Made by a program: the position numbers and the translations under genes. A stretch of 54,597 nucleotides of DNA, the filler included, from Jimgerdemannia flammicorona (lineage: Eukaryota), in the NCBI GenBank assembly GCA_003990765.1. It is 3 parts of 3 records of this genome, joined end to end, with 100 filler letters (N's around TTAATTAATTAA, not from the genome) between each part and the next. Parts side by side here need not be neighbours in the genome. Positions count along the whole stretch, not along the records: positions 1 to 18,134 come from RBNJ01002293.1; 2 more parts are not named here. One strand, 5' to 3'. Below, one piece after another: positions 1 to 13,500 of the stretch; position 1 is the stretch's first letter; each line of letters starts with the position of its first letter. The notes beneath the pieces were generated by a model. The model was not told where the DNA came from. It searched no databases and worked only from the letters and a program-made list of their open reading frames with translations.

Positions 1-3000
1 GGGTAGCTATATGGTAGAGTCAGGTGGGCATTCTGGTTAGAAAGAGTAAGGAAAATATTAGAGACATTGAATATTGGAGAGACAGGATGATGTGAAGAGT
101 GTAGAGGTAACCAGGCTAGAGTTCCTTGATTGTTGGATTGTATTATTGTCCAGTAGAGAGGAAAGAGTACTTAGAGTGAATAAGAGAACTAAGAGATATA
201 GGTATGATAGTGACAGAGAGAATTGACTGTCTAGGAGATAACTTTAACATAATAAGAGATAAGTAGTTAGACAGTACTGATAGAGGAAGGGGGATGTTTG
301 GTAGGAGTAAAAAGATGGAAGACTGAGATGAGATTGAGAGGCTGGGCTTACTAGTAGATACTGGGTATCTTGGATGGAGAGATCACAGAGTTTATACTCA
401 CTAGATAGTAGGGCTGAGTTTAAGAATTAACTAGATCTTAACTGCTGAGTGCTGGAGAGCAGATATCTGAAGTTCTCTAGAGATAATTTGGTATCTATGG
501 TCCAATCACTAGAGCTTGCTGAGCTGTGAAAGGTTCAGAGGAAGTGGAGAGGAGCCTGGACATTAGTATCTAAATGCTACATTGCTGGAGAAATCCTCTT
601 TGTAAGATACATGGATAGTAGACATTAGCTCTAGAATCTTGAGCTAGAGGGCACAGAGACTGGAGATTAGAGATCATTGATAGTATTTGAAATCAGATAT
701 CCAGTGGTTCTGGAGAGAGGTAGGGAGGAGGAGGAGTGCTTAGAGGAAAAGTCATTTAAGGTGAGCTTTTCAGAGATTGGAAAAGCTATTGAAGAAGTAG
801 GCAGAACTACTAGATAATAGAGAGGAGGGGAATTAGAGAGTTTAGCAGATCTAGCTAGAAGTGGAGAAACTAAAGAGTCTGCTGAGATAGAAAGAAGAAT
901 TATAGGTGAAGTATATAGTGGTCTGACTGAGGTAACAGGGCTTGGAGCAGAGAAAGAGGTCTACAAAGTTTTTATCAAGACTACTTAGGCAAAGAGAATG
1001 AGACAGTAGTGGAAAGGATTATTGGATGATATAGAAGAGATAGTAGACAGAACTCCTAAGATCTTGAGCCAGTTGAGATCTCAATAAAGATAATTGTAGA
1101 GTAAGAAGGAGGGGGGGAGGATATACTAAACATTTAATGGTATCTGGTAGATTGGTATCTAGACCTAGCAGAGAGCTTAGATAACCTTAGAGTACCTGTC
1201 TAAAGAGAGAAGATCTGTAAGGTATTGATGATAATGAGTCTTAGAACAGCTCCAGGAGAGGATGGTTTACCTTAGGATTTCTGAAAGAGGATGGTGGAGG
1301 TGGGGGTAGCTTTGGAGGAGATGATATGAATGTATGAATTATTGGCTCAGAGATCTGGATTAGGGGGCAGTACTTGGGTCTTATAGCTCTGTTGTATAAG
1401 AATAAGAGAAGAAGAGAAAATTAGAAGAACTAGAGGTTGATCATACTTCTAGATATGGATTGTAAGTTAGTTACAAAGATTTTGATGGCTAGATTGTAAA
1501 AAGTGACTCAGAAGATATTGGGGGCAGAGTAGAGAAGCTTCATTAGAGGTTATTTAATAAGAGATAGGATAGTATGGGTCTATAGTATTATTGAAGAAAT
1601 CTGTGCTACTGGAGTCAATGGTTAGCTAGTATTTCTGGACCAAGAGAAGACCTATAACAGGGTCCAGTGAGTGTGGCTGGAGAGGGTGCTGAAGTATATA
1701 GAGATCCTCTAAGGGTTCAGACAATCTTTAATCAGTCTATTGAAGAGGAGTCAGATGGCTATTATGGTGATTGAGCATAGGAGAGAGTCTTTTCCTCTAG
1801 GCAGAGGAGTGCTGCAGGGGGACCTACTATTGCTGATCCTTTATTCCCTCTCTCTGAAGTCTTTGTTGAATAGAATTAGATATAGAGTAAGAGGGTTGAA
1901 CATTCTGGAGATAAACTAGAAGGTAGAGACCTTGTGGATGATATAGTGGTAAGGCTGAGCTCTATAAAGGATGTGGCAGTATTGAAGAATATAGTGAAAT
2001 AGTATGAGGAGTGCTCAGGTACTAAGCTTAACTAGTATAAATATGAGACTTTGGTATTAGGTGAAGAAATAATAGAAGGAGATATGATTGGAATAGTTGT
2101 TCTGGTAAGAGAGGTAGTTTAGTATCTAGAGATCTACTTCTTGGTATATGATTCTCTATTATCTCAGAAATAATGAGAGTAGTAGCTGATTAAATGGGAT
2201 AGTACTCTTCTGGAGTAAGATAGCTAACATATCTCTTTGACTAAAAGGGTGATGATATTGAATGTATATTAGCTGTCAAAGTTGTGGTATCTGGAGTATC
2301 ACCTAGACTTCCTGGTATAAGTAGTTAAGAGACTATTGAAGATTGCCAGAATATAGATTTTGACAGAATGGTAGAGTCAGATTGGATGAGAGATAATGAT
2401 ATTGTTAGTATACTGAGGAGAGCTAGATCTGGTGGACTTTATCAATTATCTACACTATTTGAGAATATAGTGGCTAAAGTGAGCTAATAAGTTGAGGGGT
2501 CAAGAGGAAGTGTCTCTTATATAGAGAGTATGAGAGGTATGATTCTCTCCTTATAGTATATCTGGTGACTTGCTCTCTCTAGTAGTACTGGAGAAGAGCC
2601 AGAAGTATACTATAAGAGATTCTGGTGGAGAGTGGTTGATAGTGCTCAACAAATTGGTCTCCAGTAGTAGAGGAATAAGGGGAAGAAGAACTGGGAACCC
2701 TGGATGTAGAGATGGAACTATCTTCTATTGAGAGATATATCAGTGAATAATTTCAGTTTAGAGAATAGTATAGAATATCTATAAGAATATGGAAGAGATT
2801 TGTGGTCTGAGATCTGACAGAGGGTAGGAATTGGTAAAGAGTAGAACTAGAATGACATTTAGTCTTATAACAAGCAGGTAGCAAGATAAATTTCTCCTAA
2901 GTTCTGGATAGTATAGTAGAGGTTCTTATAGTACAATGTGATATTAAACTATAGATTAGAATATTTAGTAAAAGAAGTACCCTGGAGTATGAGAAGTACT

Positions 3001-3582
3001 TTAATATTGGGCAGAAGGGTAGAGTGATACAGATACTAGAGTATTAGTTGAGAAAATATAAGGTTATGGGAGACTTTTGGAAGACTATCAAGAATTAGAT
3101 AGTATCTGAGCAGATAGTAAGTAGAAGGTGGGGTAATCTCTGAAGGAGACTAGTGAGAGAGGTTGAAGATGAGTGGTTAACTATTAGGTAAGTTCTGGCT
3201 ATTTGGATTAAATTTGCTAGATATTAGCTATATATATTTGAGGATAGTCAGTAGTTGGCACTTGAAGTATAAGTTATAAAGTAGAAATAGTTATTGTTAA
3301 ACCTTTTGAATAGTTGATAGCAGAGGTGGGGACCTGGAGGGGGGCTCTGTAAGAGGCTTGTAGAGAAGATTTATAAACAGAGTAAAGAGAGAATTATAAT
3401 TATAGTAGAGATGATAAATTTCTAGAGAGATGAGAAGAGAGAGTAGGGGAGACTTCTTGTGAGATTTAATTAGAGATACATTTGTATATCTATATTAGTA
3501 TAATATAGATTAGAAGGTAATAAAGTAAAAGTCTAAATAACTATAAAAAAAATAAAATAAAAAAAATAAAATAAAAATAAAA
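1..3582 (+). mobile_element. Degenerate L1/Tx1-type LINE (ORF2 endonuclease-RT-3' end), 5' part outside the window
   Basis: Colinear with the younger LINE at 48557-53028 (relics of GDFN, FLDQEK, QGDPL and RYLG motifs). Riddled with stops. Ends AATAAAGTAAAAGTCTAAATAACTATA followed by an A-rich tail (3545-3582). Confidence 0.9.
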
Positions 3583-4755
3583 TAGAAGATATTTAGCTCT
3601 TTATTCATTCTTTAGTAAATACTATTGAGTTAGTTCTTTAGAGTCTGCTTAATTTTATCTATATAGTAAGTGATTCACAATTAGACCTTCTGAGCTATTA
3701 GTATTATAGTATTATTATTTTAGATATAAGTCATAGCTGTGAATATACATAGCTCTTGCTGGTCCTTAGAGACTGAATAATATTAAAGCTACTTGTTATT
3801 ATACTGATAGGATCCTTATAGTAGTATATTGTTTAAAATTATCAAGAAAAGTAATAATTGATTTATTAGAAGTATATATATATCTATAGAATACTAGTAG
3901 TCTTATATTTATTTTGTCTGAATATTTTGATTTGATTTGAGTGTATGTTTAGATGATAGTAGTTGTTCATTGTTTAGCTTAAAAGTAAGAGATTTATCTT
4001 AAATTACTAGCCAATAGATACTAAGTTGTAATGTAAGATATATACTAGCCAAAGTATGACAGATTTCTTTTTCTTAAATACTTGATATTTTTTAACTTCT
4101 TGAAGTCCTTAAGTATAATAGTGGGTGAGTTTGAAGTATATTCATCTACAGACTTACTAGTTTCTTACCTCTTTACTTGAACTATTTCAATCTCAGATTT
4201 ATTTACTCTAGATACTAGAGATATATATTTATATAAGTTTATTAACTCTATAATAGCTAAGTTAAGACTTCTTTTTCTGTAAGTTATTTCATATAGTTAA
4301 GAGATCAGTATATCTGTAAAATCTGTAAAGCTATACTTTTCATATAATTATATAAATCATATAACTGAGAGATTGAATTCAGATACTATGATCAAATGTC
4401 TATTTTCTGATAATTATTCATAATTCAGATTAACCATCATAATATATAAATTAAAAAATTAAAAAATATATATATATAATATTAATATTTTAATAATAAT
4501 AAATATATATATATATCAAAGTTTATATAATTTAAAATAATATATAAACATTTAATGTAAGAAAAATATTAAATTTTAATCAATTATAAAATTATAAAGA
4601 AATTTGTAACTTAATTACAACTTATATAATATTTTTAATACCCTCAGTTTATTTTATCTATTATTTTACTGATTAAATATTGAAGCCAGTTATCTGTATT
4701 TTAATGACAAGTAGCATTAGTCTTAAAAACTATGTGAACATCTGTATTCAAGTTA

Positions 4756-4756
<1 letters not shown>

Positions 4757-4798
<42 letters not shown>
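4757..4798 (+). repeat. Poly(A) homopolymer, 42 nt
   Basis: Directly visible. It sits at the border between AT-rich relic DNA and the CpG-rich island. No TSD found. Confidence 0.9.
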
Positions 4799-4804
<6 letters not shown>

Positions 4805-4829
4805 TAAAAAATGAATTATTATAAATTAT

Positions 4830-5594
4830 ATTTTCGGAATTGAATTTGCAGCAATTTTATTCATTTGATTCAAATCGGAGAACTATGAAATCCAACAATT
4901 AGCTGCCGGAGCCGCGTCCCCAAGCAAGACACTCGAGTGCATTCGCATACAAAAATTTTCGGGGAGGAACAGGTTGAGATAGATCGACGACATTAGTTAT
5001 GGGCGAACATGGGGTTTGCACACGCGTCCGCTTAAAATTTAATATAAACCCTGCGGCCCATTACAAATATAATTTGGCGAAACCCGCCATTCATAAACGA
5101 AAATTGTCGACTACGACCACCATCACACATCCTCACACACCACGGCACCTCACCGATTTCGCCCTTGCTCCAGATGGCGTTGAGAGCAGTCAAGACCGGC
5201 ATACGAATTCGCGCGTTGGCCACAAAATTCGACGTTTGTGTGCACAAAATATTTGATAACAATAATAAAGAGGCGTGGGAACCGTACGTTTAATTGTTTT
5301 CCGGGCTTTTTCTGAATCGATTCGAACCGAACCAGATGAATCCGGTCGCGGATTCGCGTCAGATTTTCGGACAAAGAGTTTATTTTTGTGGGATGAGTTG
5401 CTCCAGAGAGGACAATGGGAAGAGGAAAGGCGGTGATTGGCGATAAGAAACAAATTAAATCATTTTCTGTTGTGAAAATAGGCGTGAATATGACAAAACG
5501 CGACCACAATACAATATACTATATGAAATGAGAACATCAGTTCTCACAAAAGGTTCCAGAAGTAAATATTTCAGCGTAATCGGAAGGTGAGTTA

Positions 5595-5626
<32 letters not shown>

Positions 5627-6600
5627 GAGAGGGAGTGTTGGGTATGATTCTTTACTAAAAATACGATACGCTATTGTCGGATTTTCTCACAGCAAATATT
5701 TTATTTAGATGCAGAATAAATTCAATAGATTACTTCTTAAATTGAACCATTGCAAAAGATCGATTCGATTAATCATTTTTCCTCCTGTTGATATTGGATA
5801 AAAAAATAAAATAAAAAAAAACCCCCGTCGTTTCTTGGTCAAAATAGAAGGCTCATCATTACGTGAGCGTAAAGAGCTGCTACTTTGTACTCACCACCAT
5901 TACAATGACACATCCGTCAGTAACTCCAATCTCCAATAGAGTGCGACTCTCGAGATTGGAATCGATATCTTCAAAATGATTTTCGCCGAGGTCACGTTTC
6001 AGTAAGAAGTTGAGTCCTTTGGGGTTAAACTGTGCATAGTTCACACGCCCGGAGTTTCAGTCCATGCCGATAATACATGACGAACGACACTAAGGCATTT
6101 TGATGACGAAATTTTACCTCCTCAAGCATGAAAAACAACTTGTCCAAGGTAAGTTCCTTCTTGATTTTGAATGACTCCTCCGGGTTTTTGACATCCAACG
6201 TTCTAATCGTGATCATGATTTCTTCTCCTTCCCCCCTACAGAGATTTTTCGAACGAACAATCAAAACGAGTTATACGTCCTCCAAGACATGAGATAAAAG
6301 CATAGCATTATACCCGCGACGGTCATCATCCATCCCGTTGTCCTGGGTGAAAGAAGATGGTTCGGTGGTTTTGGGTGGGGTCTTGGGGGGACGGTCACCA
6401 TCCATCCCTTTGTCCTGGGTGAAAGGAGATGGGTCGGAGGGCTTGGGGTGGGGGATCTTCTTGGATTCTTCGCTCATATTGTAGGAATGTGTGGTGTGGG
6501 TAAGTGAGTGCTAAGCCGGCAGGAGGTGAGTCGGAAACCTTGTGACTAACCGAATTGAATGGTGGCACAATTACAAACATCATGGGGTACTCCTGACAGC
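4830..6600. other. CpG-retaining unmutated island (single-copy/genic DNA)
   Basis: Frequent CG dinucleotides, whereas both flanks are virtually CG-free. Contains a spliced gene. Confidence 0.8.
5773..6477 (-). CDS. Spliced gene for a ~142-aa protein with a Pro-rich repeated N-terminus and a C-terminal SUMO/ubiquitin-like domain. Exons 6477-6314, 6235-6118, 6029-5895, 5784-5773.
   Basis: Three GT-AG introns (6313-6236 GTATAA..TAG; 6117-6030 GTAAAA..CAG; 5894-5785 GTGAGT..polyT..CAG) join in phase. Product ...IMITIRTLDVKNPEESFKIKKELTLDKLFFMLEEFNPKGLNFLLKR...SRTLLEIGVTDGCVIVMVEEK* has a beta-grasp pattern. If intron 3 is retained the protein ends VSTK* at 5880. Confidence 0.72.
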
Positions 6601-7059
6601 CTCATGTGATCAACTCTGGGGAGTCAAGAAAATCAAGAATTCAAGATAAAGAAATCCTACTAGATTAAGTATCTGCTATATTAAAAGGTTATAGTATAAT
6701 CTAAAATAAATTAATAAAAGAGAATAATAATATCATTATTAAGGATACCTATATCTGAGTATAATCTATTAATAAATTATGTATTACTTCAGTTATATAT
6801 TTTATTAATTTAAATATTAATTAATATTAAGTTCTAATTATATAATAATTTTTATATAGTAATTTTCTAGATACTAAACTATAATTTTAATAAATATTAG
6901 ACTTCTTTCTTAAATAAAAATTATAACTTATCTAAAACTATAAGTTAATCTAATAGTATTCTTTAATTAAAATTAAGATATCTGAACTTTTATATAAAAC
7001 TTCTTTATCTTAAGTTCTGAGTATATTTTTTAAATATTACTATAATATATTCTATTTAG

Positions 7060-7093
<34 letters not shown>

Positions 7094-9944
7094 TTTTCTT
7101 TTCTAATAATAATAAACTATTCTAGAATTATTACTGGAGTTTATAATTGAATTTTTAATAAAAATTTCAACTTAATAGTTATATATCTTATATAGTATAT
7201 TTAACTATAGCTATCTAATTTATATAAATACCTTCTGTACTGAGTATATTGAGAACTTAGCTTTGCTTTTTTCTCTTAAAAATAAAAAGTACTATTCTTA
7301 CTTAAAACTCTTAGATCTGACTTATTTATAATTCTAAGTCTGATCAACTTGAGATATATATATATACTAGCTGAGAGAAATTTGATAAACTTAACAATAA
7401 GACTATATAAGAAGTATTTAACATATTTATAGTACTCAATAAAGAAATTATTTATACAAATTAGCAGTTATATATTTCTATGAAAAATATATCTGAGAAT
7501 TTATCAAAGTAGTAAATAAATATTTTCTAAATCATCTTTTAGTTTTTCTGAATTATAAAGGATATTATACTAATCAAAGAAAATCTCACCTCTATAATTA
7601 AGTTCTCTATATATAGATAAAGAAAATTAAATACTAAAATTATAGATTATTAAATATAATAGAGTCTTAGCTATATTATTCTGACTCAGATAAATAATTA
7701 AATAAATATCTGAACCTAACATTGATAGCTCTAGTACTATTATTATATAATCACTATTAAGAACATCAAGTCTACTAAGAATTATTATAAAAGATTTAGC
7801 AGAAATCTCATCAAAATTATCAATCTATAGTCTAATTATTAAAGTTATCTATCTTAGCAATATTATAAAAGAAACAACTATATATTTTAATACTAGTAAT
7901 ATTATTAAAGTAAACATACTTGAAGTATAACTACAACTACTATTATATCATTTAAATATAAGAATAATTAAATAACTTCTATTAATGATAAGATAGCAGC
8001 TCTTACTAACTAAGTAATAATTCTCACCCAAGCTCTTTATCTTAATATTAAAGTAAAAAAACCAATAAAAGACCTTTGACTTTTACTATTTGAAGAAAAA
8101 GCAGACTAAGTAATAATATTTATTTGATAAATAAATACTAACTATTATATTAATAGATAAAATAACTAATAAAATCTAGACAATACTCTTAATAATAAAG
8201 AATACTATAAAATTAAAGATCTCTATATAACTACAGTCTTACAAGTTAAGAAGTTATTATATACTTCATAGATATAGCTACTTAATAGTGATATAATCTC
8301 TCAATATACATATCTCCTTATATGAGAAGACTATACTGAAATAAATACAAGTATTAGAGATAATACTCATTCTAACTATAAAGTTTATCTATCTACTATA
8401 GATCTAAAGGAACTTATTATTCAATAATTCTGCAGCTTTATTTATATTACTGAAGTCAAAACTAGCTCAAGAATCTTGACTAAAAATTCTCCTAAATACT
8501 ATAAAAGCTAAATACAACTAATATGACCAAATAGTGAATGAAATAAGAGTATTATATTTCTTTAATATTTTATTAGATTAGTTATTTAAAAAGATCTATA
8601 AGTAAAGATTCTATAACTATCTATACAAATAATGGTATTTTGAATAAACTGTTATTAGAGTCTATACTATTCTAATAGACTAAAGATTAAGAGATAACAG
8701 AGATAATATATAACAATTAAGAAGAAAAATGACATTAATTCAAAAAAAGTATAAACTATGAAGTGACTCTTAGAAAATACAAAAAAGTTACAAGAGATTA
8801 TTAAATAAGAAAATTATAAGAAGATATAGTTTTTATAATTTTAACAATACTATCTTCTTTTTTTTCTTAATACTAACTTTGCTTATACTCATATAATCTC
8901 AACTCTTAAATATATCTTTGCTCAATATCTAATTATATATTCTCTGATAGTAATAATATATATCTATATATAGTATAGTTTGAAATAAGAGTCTTATAGT
9001 AGAGTTGGCAAAAGATAGTATATAAGATATGAATTAAAATATAGATAATATAATAGATAAAGAACAGATATAAGAATCTATAAAGAAATTAAATATATAT
9101 AGATAAAGAAAAAAGAGAGCAATATAATTAAAAGTCATATAGTAGACTTTATATAAACTATATATATATATAAAGAATTAATTTGATAAATAAAAGTGAG
9201 TTACTATAAAGATAGTATATATTTATCTCTTTTAAAATAAAGTATATAATCTCTAATAGTTCTATTAGACTCTTGAGTAACTTACTAAAGTTCTGAGTAA
9301 TAAGATAGCTATTAATATCTTTAAAAGCTATTAAGTATAAAAAGTATTTGATAAGTTAATAATATATATATATTATATATAAACTAAACAGAAAATAGTA
9401 AAAAATATCTCTCTCTCAAAAAATATATATATTATCTCTAATAACTTTGATATAATAATACTTTTATATATATAACTTATCTATAATAATGTTTTAAGTA
9501 TTTATATTATATATATATAAATTGTCTTACTATAATCAGTATATCTATCTTGAGTAAGTACTTATATAGTATAAGAGTTATAGAGTTAGGAAATAGAATA
9601 GAGTTAAATAGAGTAGAAGTACTATATATAATTATATATAAATAGTAGATTATATATTAAGATATAATAATTATCTCTTCTAAATCTATCTAACTATAGA
9701 TTATATCTAAAGCTCTTATAAGGCTATAAGATATATATGTAAGTTTAAGATTAAATCCAAATTTGAAATAAATTTAAATCTAAGTCTACTCTGACTATTA
9801 AGATCAAGTCTGAGATTAATTTTAAACCTAAGTCTAAATCTGAGTCTATCTCAGCTACCCCAGCTACTTTAGTTGTTCTAGCTATTCTTACATATTATTA
9901 AGGTAAAGATTGAGATTAAATCTAAATCTGAGTTTAGGTCTAAG
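6600..9944. other. Extremely AT-rich hypermutated relic (unidentified repeat), continuing at 16378-17145
   Basis: Remaining C mostly in CT and remaining G mostly in AG. Degenerate hexamer (TCTRRR) and CCAGCTACT-like repeats occur on both sides of the MITE/LINE insertions. Confidence 0.5.
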
Positions 9945-10521
9945 TAGTGCTCTGAACGAGTCAATCCGGATGGGATTCGGATGGATTCGAATCAACCATT
10001 GTTTTGATTTCCAAATTAGACAATTAAATGTTTACATCAATAACTTGATGAATAATCATCCAAATTTGATGATCTTGGTGTCATTTGAAAGCCCTTAATA
10101 AGGCCTTTCTAATGATACCAAGAACATTAAAATTGGATTACGTGTTGCCGAGATATTAAGGAAAACGTTCCATTTGACGAAATTTCCAAAATCGGCAAAT
10201 CAAAGAATTTCCAAAATCGGCGATTCAGATGGTTTCCTTCATAACTCAGCAACGCATGATCGGAATTCAATGTTCTTGGTATCATTAGATAGGTCTTATT
10301 AAGGGCTTTCAAATGACACCAAGATCATCAAATTTGGATGATTATTCATCAAGGTATTGATGTAAACATTTAATTGTCTAATTTGGAAATCAAAACAATG
10401 GTTGATTCGAATCCGATTCGAATCCATCCGGATGGGATTCGAATCCCATCCGAGTTGATCCGGATGGGATTCAATCCGAATCAATCCGAATCCAATCCGG
10501 ATTAAATTGACTCGTTAGGAG
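9945..10521. mobile_element. Palindromic MITE (hAT-like terminus TAGTGCTC), family 1 copy 1
   Basis: Starts TAGTGCTCTGAACGAGTCAAT and ends ATTGACTCGTTAGGAG (last 5 nt of the TIR missing). Long inverted arms with subterminal GATTCGAATCC repeats. Near-identical copy at 36469-36909. Confidence 0.85.
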
Positions 10522-10538
10522 AAGTCTGGATCTGAGTC

Positions 10539-10540
<2 letters not shown>

Positions 10541-10596
<56 letters not shown>

Positions 10597-13500
10597 GTTA
10601 CATAGACTTTTACTTTATTACTAAGCCATTTATAACATAACAATAATACACATGTGCTTCTCACCCTATCTTCTTTGGAATGTTCTCTTCTTTCTTCTCA
10701 TCTTTTTGAAATATTACCAATCTCTCTGATACTCCAATCTGCCCTATACTCTTCTTATAGATTGTTTCTACCAAACTCTACTGATACTTCTCACCCATAC
10801 CTCCACCCCTCTATCACCCATTCAGCATATCTATCATTAGCCACTCTCATTTAACCACTCTTATCTCTAATATCAACTTGCTACCCTCTTCAAATATATA
10901 TATATAGTCAATGACTCACCAGTCTAACCCATACAGCTACTATCCAACCTAATATCTACCACTCATCTTTCAACCCCCCCCCACCAGCCTTCTCCAGAGG
11001 TTATCCCATCTCTCTTCTATCACCAGCTCTGATGGGTAGACTCTCAACTATATCTCAACCTCCCTCCAAAAGTCCCCCATCACCTCATATTCTCTCAGCT
11101 AATGTTCAGGGGTCTGTACTACTCCACTCTTCTGCCTAACATTCAGACACTCCTCCTACTCCTGAGTACTCTCTTCCACCAAGTGGCCCATCCTGTAGTT
11201 TAGCATAATATTATACCATAAGACTCTCTACAGAACTTAAGAGGAATTTATCTTGCCATCTGCTTGCCCTACTGCCAAATACTGTTCCAATTCCACCTCT
11301 CACCAATCTCCACCCCCTGCCATATCTCAGGCTACAGATCATGCTCATGTTCTTGAAGGTACTCTATACCATCCTCTAAGTAGAAATTCTCCACTAGTAT
11401 TCTGTCCAACAAAAGGCAGTTCTATCTCTATATCTGAGGTCCCTATTCCTCCCCTCACCAATGAAGTTCAATATAGTGTGCTCCATCAGTCACCCTACAC
11501 CAAAATCTCTTAAACTGTATCCTCTGACTCCCCTTCAAGACCAGTAGAGAGAGAAAATCCCCAGTCATACTTCAGGGGGAAAATCAGGCCTCTCACACTC
11601 TCTGTATAAGGGGAATCCACTCTCTGCCTCTCAGCTCACTTGCTTGCTTTAACCACTATACTCTCAAACAGTGAAGATACTTGAGAAAATCCATCAGACC
11701 CAAGCCTTCTCTCTCTATGGGCCAGGTCAATATCTCTCAACTGATCTGGTTCTACTACTTTATCCATATCTAGGTCCTGGCTATCTTCAGCAGCCTCTTG
11801 ACCACCTACACCAGAAAGTCCAAGTGGTATCCTAGATATGTACTACAGCTTAGGCAGCCAGTAGATATTCATCACTACAACCCTTTCTGCCAGAGAGATA
11901 TAGTACTCTCTTTATCTCAAGAGAGTACTTTCTCAATCAGCTAATCTCCACTCCCACTAATTATATGGTAGCAAAGAGCTATATACTGAAAAGTAAATTT
12001 CCAGATAGCAGACAGTCTTATCCACTGGGACAATTGTTCCAATTACATCCCCTCCCACTATCTCTTCTCTCAGCACCAAGGTTTCACACTTATACTAGTT
12101 GAGCTTTATGTCTGAGTACTCCTCATATTACTCTACTATATCCTTCAGTACTGTAATGTCTACAACTGATCCCAGCCCGATTACCATATTGTTGGCAAAG
12201 GCCCCCACCTTCCAATTAACCTCTAAAATATCCAGCCCACCCACCTTTTACTATATTCTATCTAAAAGTAGCTTCAGTGATAGTATATACAAAATTGGTG
12301 ACAGTGGATCCCCCTGTAGTATATCTTTACTTAGAGGAAAAGAGATTCCTCTGTGCTCATTCACTATAATAGCAGCCTGACTCTCTTTCAGCAAACTGAC
12401 CAAGGCTCTCTGGACCCTACTAGGAACTTCAATATACTATAGCACTCTCTCTAACCATACTTGATAGATTCTATCATAAGTCTTCTCCTGGTCCAAAAAA
12501 AATAGGTACCCATCTACCTCTGCAGTGCAAGCACCCTCAATAATACCATATATCCAGACAGTTCCATCTCTAATAAGGTGTTCCCCTACAAAGCCTCTCT
12601 GCTTGGCTCTCAGGATCTGCTGGGCCACCCTATGTAGACTCACCACCAGCATCTTTGTGACCAACTTGTGATCCATATTCAGAAGTATGATCAGCCTCCA
12701 GTTCTTCCACTTCTCCCTCCTCCCCTTATCCTTAAACAGCAGAGTCATAAGCTCTAGTCTCTACTCTCCAATCTATATCCCAGTACTTATCACTTCATCA
12801 CATATTACTATCAATTCCTCTAGGGCTAGCTCAACTCCTGTCATTCTTTTCCAGAAGTCCCATGGTAATCCATCCTCCCCTGGTATAGTCTCAGAACTTG
12901 CTATCTGCAGAACTTGTCTAATCTCCATTCCTCCAAGTATTCATTAATAGTCAATATATTCTCCCCTCTATCCTCCTCACTTTACAGATATCTCCACTAT
13001 CTACTCAACAGGTCCAGAATCTTAGAGGTCCAACCACTAACTCCCCAGCCTCATCTAAGACTCTCTTCCACTACTGCCAGACTCTCCTTACCTGTAGCAT
13101 CCATGTCAAGAACTTAGAAGGCTACTCCACCATACCTCTAATCTGTATCTCCTCCTCCTGCTGCAGGATGTCTTTCAGCTCCTCCACCTCCAGCTTGGTC
13201 CACTGTATGTGCCAGTCTCTCTTCTCCCCTTCATTTACCAGATCTTCCCAGGATATCAGCAACTCCTCTAGCCTCTGGGAGGTCCATCTTATCTGCTTTT
13301 TCCTCTGAGTACTCTGCATTCTTCTAGTCTCCCTCCAGTACCTTTATGCCTCAGATTTCAATTGAATCCAGTACTCTCCAATCTCTAGACCTACTGCCCT
13401 CCAGCAAAGAATTCTAGGGCTAATGTCTATCACCTATGCCTCTCATAGGGTAGTTTATCCTAATAAGGAGGTATTCAGCTACCAATGTCCAGACCCCTCC

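Noticed and set aside
3583..4756. AT-rich stretch ending in poly(A), considered as another retrocopy
   Set aside because: No TSD, LINE 3' motif or recoverable ORF could be found.
5587..5692. Plus-strand intron-like segment (GTGAGT...TACTAAA...CACAG)
   Set aside because: Splicing yields only a ~24-aa peptide with no recognisable similarity. It could be a noncoding transcript but is unsupported.
6025..6264. Track ORF with a tyrosine-recombinase-like 'HGLKLRACEL' look
   Set aside because: That stretch lies inside predicted intron 2 of the Ubl gene, and no other recombinase motifs are present.
9910..10484. Short ORFs in the palindromic element (also 36546-36737), or a CRISPR-like reading of its repeats
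   Set aside because: The ORFs are mirror by-products of the inverted repeat. There is no repeat-spacer periodicity, no cas genes, and the context is eukaryotic.
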